A stretch of 64,000 bases of DNA, from the NCBI GenBank assembly GCA_965223505.1, contig CBDCWP010000013.1, forward strand, positions 160,001 to 224,000, read 5' to 3'. The position numbers and the translations under genes were made by a program. This DNA is from Planctomycetota bacterium (GTDB lineage Bacteria; Planctomycetota; PLA2; JAEUHO01). Shown here piece after piece: positions 59,195 through 64,000 of this stretch; the stretch's first letter is position 1; the number at the start of each line of letters is the position of its first letter. The notes under the pieces were generated by a model. It had not been told where the DNA came from, searched no databases, and worked only from the letters and a program-made list of their open reading frames with translations.

Positions 59195-60934
59195 ATGTCG
59201 AAGTCGATGGAGCAAATCGTCGCGCTGTGCAAACGCCGCGGCTTTATTTTCCAAAGTTCGGAGATCTACGGCGGCATCCAGGGGTTTTGGGACTACGGTC
59301 CGCTGGGGACGGAACTCAAGCGCAACGTGCGCGACGCCTGGTACCACGACATGGTGACCATGCACGACGACATCACCGCGCCGCCGGGCGCGCCGCGGCC
59401 CTTTTCCATGGTGGGGCTGGAAACCTCGGTCATCATGCACCCGCAAGTCTGGAAGTCCAGCGGCCACTACGATCTCTTTTCCGACCAGATGCAATCGTGC
59501 CTGCAGTGCCGCAAGCTGTTTCGCGCCGATCACGTGTGGGATATGTTACGAGAGTCCCCTTGGGTGGAGTCCTTGGGCGAGCTGTTCCACGCCAACGGCA
59601 GCGGCAATGACGGGCTCGAACTCACCGAGGCGCCTGTCGCCTTTTCCGCTAACGACGCCCTGCAATGGGCCAAAAACCGCCGGCAAGGGCGGCGCCTAGC
59701 GCCCGGCTTGGCCCTGGTGCGCAACCCCGAGGCGACCCTGGCTGGCCTCGCCGCCGATCTCGAAGCCGCCACCGACGCGCCGCTTTCTCTGTCCACCCTG
59801 CTCATGTACATGGCCACCGAGCAAAAAGCCGCCACCGGCCTGCGTATGCCCTGTCCCGAATGCGGCGGCGATCTCACCGAGCCGCGTCACTTTAATTTGA
59901 TGTTCGAGACGCATACCGGCGCGTTGCAAACCGACGACAACAAAGCGTTTTTGCGCCCGGAAACGGCGCAGGGTATGTTCGTCAACTTCAAAAACGTGCT
60001 CGACAGCACGCGCGTGCGCTTTCCCTTCGGCATCGCGCAGATCGGCAAAAGCTTCCGCAACGAGATCACGCCTCGCAACTTCACTTTTCGCTCGCGCGAG
60101 TTCGAGCAGATGGAGATGGAGTTCTTCTGCCACCCGAGCGAATCGCTCGATTGGTACCGCTACTGGCGCGACCGCCGCTATAAGTGGTACACCGACTTGG
60201 GCATCGCCTCGGACAACCTCATCTTGCGCGATCACGAGGCGGCGGAATTGGCGCACTACTCGGTGGGCACCGCTGATGTCGAATACGCCTTTCCCTTCAT
60301 GCAGCCCGGCGAGTACGGCGAACTCGAAGGCATTGCGCACCGCGGCGATTTCGATTTGCGCTCGCACGCCGAGGGCAAGCTCACCAAAGACGAACACGGC
60401 GAGTTGGTCATTGAGCAAAACGAACACGGCCAGCCCAAATATCGCGGAAGCGGTAAGGACTTGACGTACTTTGACGACCAGACGCGCGAGCGCTTTTTGC
60501 CGCACGTCATCGAACCTGCGGCCGGCGCGGACCGCGCCATGTTAGCGTTTATTTGCGAAGCCTACAATGAAGACGAGCAGCCCGACGACAAAGGCGCGAT
60601 GCAAACGCGCACGTATATGAAGCTCCATCCCAAGCTCGCGCCGGTCAAGGCGGCCGTCTTTCCCTTGGTGCGCAAAGAGGGCATGCCGGAACGGGCCGCC
60701 GAGCTCTATCGCGGCCTCAAGGCTGCGGGCATCGCGGCGTTTTACGACCAGCAGGGAGCTATTGGCCGTCGCTATCGCCGCCAGGACGAGGCGGGCACGC
60801 CGTGGTGCATCACCATCGATGGCGACACGCTAGCTGATGGCACGGTGACGATTCGCGACCGCGACAGCCTGGCGCAAGACCGGGTGGCTTTTGACGATGT
60901 GGTGGGCGAATTGCAGCGGCGCTTGCGGGGCTGA
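59195..60934 (+). CDS. glyQS: Glycine--tRNA ligase, alpha2 homodimeric type
   Basis: KRRGF, DYGPLG, LRPETAQG, FRNEITP, EFEQME, VIEPAAG, anticodon-binding IGRRYRRQDE. Confidence 0.95.
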   Translation: MSKSMEQIVALCKRRGFIFQSSEIYGGIQGFWDYGPLGTELKRNVRDAWYHDMVTMHDDITAPPGAPRPFSMVGLETSVIMHPQVWKSSGHYDLFSDQMQSCLQCRKLFRADHVWDMLRESPWVESLGELFHANGSGNDGLELTEAPVAFSANDALQWAKNRRQGRRLAPGLALVRNPEATLAGLAADLEAATDAPLSLSTLLMYMATEQKAATGLRMPCPECGGDLTEPRHFNLMFETHTGALQTDDNKAFLRPETAQGMFVNFKNVLDSTRVRFPFGIAQIGKSFRNEITPRNFTFRSREFEQMEMEFFCHPSESLDWYRYWRDRRYKWYTDLGIASDNLILRDHEAAELAHYSVGTADVEYAFPFMQPGEYGELEGIAHRGDFDLRSHAEGKLTKDEHGELVIEQNEHGQPKYRGSGKDLTYFDDQTRERFLPHVIEPAAGADRAMLAFICEAYNEDEQPDDKGAMQTRTYMKLHPKLAPVKAAVFPLVRKEGMPERAAELYRGLKAAGIAAFYDQQGAIGRRYRRQDEAGTPWCITIDGDTLADGTVTIRDRDSLAQDRVAFDDVVGELQRRLRG

Positions 60935-60946
60935 ACCCAAACGAAA

Positions 60947-61330
60947 CTATGACGGGGACTCTGACCATTCCTGCTGAGGGCCGTTGAGCACCATGCTCAC
61001 ATGGTTGAGAATATCTCGTCCTAATATGCCTCGTTCTGTGTCAATTAAGAGGTAGCGGCCTCGGAAAACGCGCCTCAAAAAGATCATGTCTAGGATCACG
61101 ATCGATGCTGTGCTCCGAGTGCCGTCGAAGCCCATCAGTTCGTATCCCTGGTCCCTGAGTGGAGAAACGCCAAGCTGTTCCACTATGGCTCTAGGGAGTA
61201 GCGTCACATCCGAACCGGTATCCAGCAGCAACGCGACATTGGAGACCGTTTTGCTAGTCTGCGGGTCGCGTAGCGTGACATGAGCAACTGGCGCTGGCGG
61301 GTCAAAGCGAGAAGCATCATAACTGGGCAT
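60947..61330 (-). CDS. Retropepsin-like (clan AA) aspartic protease
   Basis: LLDTGSD and ILGRDIL motifs. Confidence 0.8.
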   Translation of the reverse strand: MPSYDASRFDPPAPVAHVTLRDPQTSKTVSNVALLLDTGSDVTLLPRAIVEQLGVSPLRDQGYELMGFDGTRSTASIVILDMIFLRRVFRGRYLLIDTERGILGRDILNHVSMVLNGPQQEWSESPS

Positions 61331-61532
61331 CAGGAGCCGCTTCAATGATCTCCTTGACAAAATCAGCAGCCTGCTCCGGGTACACCAAGTGTGGACTATA
61401 GATAACAGCTGGCGACGCCATTTCAACATCGGGAATCACAACGTAGACCCTGGCGTTTTCGGGCAGCTTGATGTTATTGGCAAGTCGAATCTGGCCATTT
61501 TCGACAACGCCCTCGTACGTTGCGATTGTCAT
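61317..61532 (-). CDS. DUF104/AF2212-like small protein (antitoxin-like)
   Basis: YEGVVENGQIRL...LPENARVYV; overlaps the protease start. Confidence 0.7.
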   Translation of the reverse strand: MTIATYEGVVENGQIRLANNIKLPENARVYVVIPDVEMASPAVIYSPHLVYPEQAADFVKEIIEAAPDAQL

Positions 61533-61668
61533 TTTGCATCTCCCGATTTCAATCATGGTGCGTGGTTTATCTCAAGCGCGACAAAACCTCAATACTGCGC
61601 AAATTTTGTTTGCGCAGTATATCAGAGGATGATGGTCGCATGAACAACATATCATACTCAATCCGCCC

Positions 61669-62106
61669 TCATGTCCGCTTGAGAAAAATCTCATCGCAGT
61701 GATACCCCGCCACCTCCTGATCGTGCTGGTTGCGAATCGAAAAATTCATGTGGACATAGCCGCGCTCCGGGCGCGTTTTGGATTCGCGCTTGTTCGTAAT
61801 GGTAATCTCACAGCGCAACGTGTCGCCTGGGCGCACCGGGCGGCTCCAGTGCGCGTCTTCAAGTCCCCCGGCCCCCTGACCGCCGCCCTGAAACAGCCCG
61901 AGCCGAACCACGGCTCCAAACGCCGCCGAGTAGACGTGCCAGCCGCTGGCGATAAGGCCGCCGTAGATCGATTCTTTGGCTGCGGCTTCGTCCACGTGAA
62001 AGGGTTGCGGGTCATAGGTTTGAGCGAAGGCGATGATTTGCTCGGCGCTAAAGCTAAATGGCTCGGTCGTATAGCTCTGACCGGCTTCAAAGTCTTCGTA
62101 GAACAT
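61669..62106 (-). CDS. MaoC family dehydratase
   Basis: FYEDF, YDPQPFHVD, GLIASGWH, PVRPGD. Confidence 0.9.
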   Translation of the reverse strand: MFYEDFEAGQSYTTEPFSFSAEQIIAFAQTYDPQPFHVDEAAAKESIYGGLIASGWHVYSAAFGAVVRLGLFQGGGQGAGGLEDAHWSRPVRPGDTLRCEITITNKRESKTRPERGYVHMNFSIRNQHDQEVAGYHCDEIFLKRT

Positions 62107-62152
62107 CGCTTGCCTTTCGCGTGTTGATGGCGCCAGCGGTGCAGCGGATCAA

Positions 62153-63715
62153 TTAACTGCCGCCGCGCCGCAGATGCCGGGCCGCGGCGCGGGCGACGCG
62201 TTGCCCATCCATGGCGGCGGAGACAATGCCGCCAGCATAGCCCGCGCCCTCACCGCAGGGAAACAGTCCGGCTAGCTCCGGGTGCATGAGGCTGTCGGCA
62301 TGCCGGGGGATGCGGACGGGAGAACTCGTGCGGCTCTCCGTGCCGATAACGACGGCGTCGCGGGTTAGATAGCCTCGCATTTTTTGCTCAAATTGCGGCA
62401 CGGCCTGACATAATCGTTGGTACACAAAATCCGGCAAGAGACGATGCAACGGCGCGGCGAACAACCCTGGGATGTAGGAACTGTTGGGCAGGTCTTGCGA
62501 CAGCTTGCCCGCGATAAAATCGACCAGGCGTTGCGCCGGCGCTTTCTGCCCGCCATCTCCGGCGATGAACATCTCCTGCTCGACGCGCGCCTGAAAGGCC
62601 ACGCCGGCGAGCGGATCATCAGCCCCCCCGGCTAAATCCCCTGCCTCAATGCCCACCACAGCGCCGGCGTTGGCGTGGGCCGAGTCGCGGCGCGATAGCG
62701 ACATGCCATTGACCACGATCTCGCCTGGCGCCGTGGCGGCCGGCACCACGAGACCGCCCGGACACATGCAAAATGAAAAGACGCCCTTGCCGCCTACCTG
62801 GCAGGAGAGGGCGTAGCTGGCGGCTGGTAAATGCTGGCTGCGCGGCGATTGCTTGTATTGGATCTCGTCAATGAGCGCTTGGGGGTGCTCGATGCGCACG
62901 CCCAGGGCGAACGGTTTGAACGCTATCGCCAGATGATGGCGGCGCAGCATGTCAAAAACGTCGCGGGCTGAGTGGCCAGTGGCCAGGATGAGGGCGTCGC
63001 CCGCATGGAATTGATCCTCGCCCCAGCGAATGCCGCGCAGGCGGCCGTCTTCGAGCACCAAGTCGGTGACGTGGGCATTAAAATGGACCACGCCGCCGAA
63101 CGCCTCGATTGTCTCCCGCAGGCTGCTCACAATGCGCGGCAGGCGGTTGGAGCCGATGTGGGGATGGGCGTCGACGAGGATGTCGGGATCGGCGCCGTGC
63201 TCGACGAGCCAGCGCAGCACCGTGTCGATACTGCCGCGCTTATGCGAGCGGGTGTAGAGCTTGCCGTCGGAATACGTCCCCGCCCCGCCTTCGCCAAAGC
63301 AGTAGTTGGAATGCGGATTGACGACGCCAAATTGCTGGATGTCGCGCAGCGCCCGGCGGCGCGAGCGCACATCCTGGCCGCGCTCGAAAATGACGGGCCG
63401 CAGCCCCAGTCCGATGAGTTCCAAAGCGGCGAAATAGCCGGCCGGCCCGGCTCCGACAATCATCACCTCAGGGGCGTTGAAGACCGGTCGCAAGTTGGAC
63501 TTGAGCGCCTCAGGCGGCGCTAGGGGCTGCTCCCTAACGCGGATGCGCAACTGCACGACCGCTCTCCGGCCGCGCGCGTCGATCGATCGCCTTTCAATGC
63601 GGTAATAGCCGATGTCTTCGACCATCATGCCCATCCGGTCAGCTATGGCCGTAGCGATGGCGTCCGCGTCACGCGCTGACTCTGGGGATAGCCGAATATC
63701 GATCGTTTGGTCCAT
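62153..63715 (-). CDS. FAD-dependent oxidoreductase (uncharacterised family)
   Basis: GAGPAG, FGEGGAGTYSDGKL, FCMCPGG, GEGAGYAGGI. Confidence 0.9.
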   Translation of the reverse strand: MDQTIDIRLSPESARDADAIATAIADRMGMMVEDIGYYRIERRSIDARGRRAVVQLRIRVREQPLAPPEALKSNLRPVFNAPEVMIVGAGPAGYFAALELIGLGLRPVIFERGQDVRSRRRALRDIQQFGVVNPHSNYCFGEGGAGTYSDGKLYTRSHKRGSIDTVLRWLVEHGADPDILVDAHPHIGSNRLPRIVSSLRETIEAFGGVVHFNAHVTDLVLEDGRLRGIRWGEDQFHAGDALILATGHSARDVFDMLRRHHLAIAFKPFALGVRIEHPQALIDEIQYKQSPRSQHLPAASYALSCQVGGKGVFSFCMCPGGLVVPAATAPGEIVVNGMSLSRRDSAHANAGAVVGIEAGDLAGGADDPLAGVAFQARVEQEMFIAGDGGQKAPAQRLVDFIAGKLSQDLPNSSYIPGLFAAPLHRLLPDFVYQRLCQAVPQFEQKMRGYLTRDAVVIGTESRTSSPVRIPRHADSLMHPELAGLFPCGEGAGYAGGIVSAAMDGQRVARAAARHLRRGGS

Positions 63716-63800
63716 AGCCGTTATATCACCCAACGGGCTTCTCTATCCAACTGCGCCTAAACGAGGATAAACCCTTGTCGAATGGCGCTCCCTCAGCCTT

Positions 63801-63998
63801 TCACGGTCTCTTACGGTCAAAAGGCGAGAGCGGCTCTTTCTGCCGATCATCTTCAATGGCATTGCGCCACCAGTAATTGCGATCCGCCTCTCGCTCATAG
63901 GCGTCTAAAGACCCGTTCAGCTTGTCGCGCTCGGCGTCGCACTGGGCGCTTGTCCCTCCGGACCGTTGCACACATCGATCATATTCATCCCTCGCGTT
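63801..63998 (-). CDS. 3' end of a hypothetical protein truncated by the window edge
   Basis: Open frame NARDEYDRCVQRSGGTSAQCDAERDKL...FDRKRP-stop. Confidence 0.4.
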   Translation of the reverse strand, partial: NARDEYDRCVQRSGGTSAQCDAERDKLNGSLDAYEREADRNYWWRNAIEDDRQKEPLSPFDRKRP

Positions 63999-64000
63999 CA

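Noticed and set aside
1..64000. CRISPR array, tRNA, rRNA, intact transposase or integrase
   Set aside because: None was recognised by eye; the short repeats found are coding repeats or hairpins

Overview
Bacterial window with two distinct parts. Gene content resembles 'Ca. Entotheonella'/Tectomicrobia (inference only). The window opens (1-2453) with the tail of a cytochrome c oxidase/cytochrome c cluster. From about 2.4 to 38.2 kb is a general-stress and signalling island: csbD, DUF1328, two YihY, two PRC-barrel proteins, MscS, Usp, catalase, a TreS-like glucosidase, DUF3618/holin-like genes, DUF533, an RpoS-like sigma factor, a TerY-PP2C-kinase triad, histidine kinases and two paralogous sigma54 activators. 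Reading the intergenic DNA shows 12 near-consensus sigma54 (-24/-12) promoters, 8 of them in four divergent pairs. A tandem TCTCA-N3-TGAGA-like motif at 20-22 bp spacing sits upstream of most of them. Together these suggest a sigma54-driven general stress regulon that also feeds a sigma70-family factor. The island carries many gene relics (transaldolase, PEP synthase, ZIP transporter, hybrid kinase, glycine-zipper lipoprotein). From 38.4 to 64 kb the genes are metabolic (LLM monooxygenases, TauD, PuuE-like deacetylases, TPP enzyme, MFS, PepC, SDR, AKR, FAH, SrkA, GlyRS, MaoC) and interleaved with small toxin-antitoxin-like pairs. One pair couples an ADP-ribosyltransferase-like ORF to a stand-alone EF-Tu domain III-like protein. 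A 504-bp tandem duplication and a doubly frameshifted L,D-transpeptidase may be assembly or sequencing artefacts. No rRNA, tRNA or CRISPR array was recognised. All calls were made by eye, without database searches.
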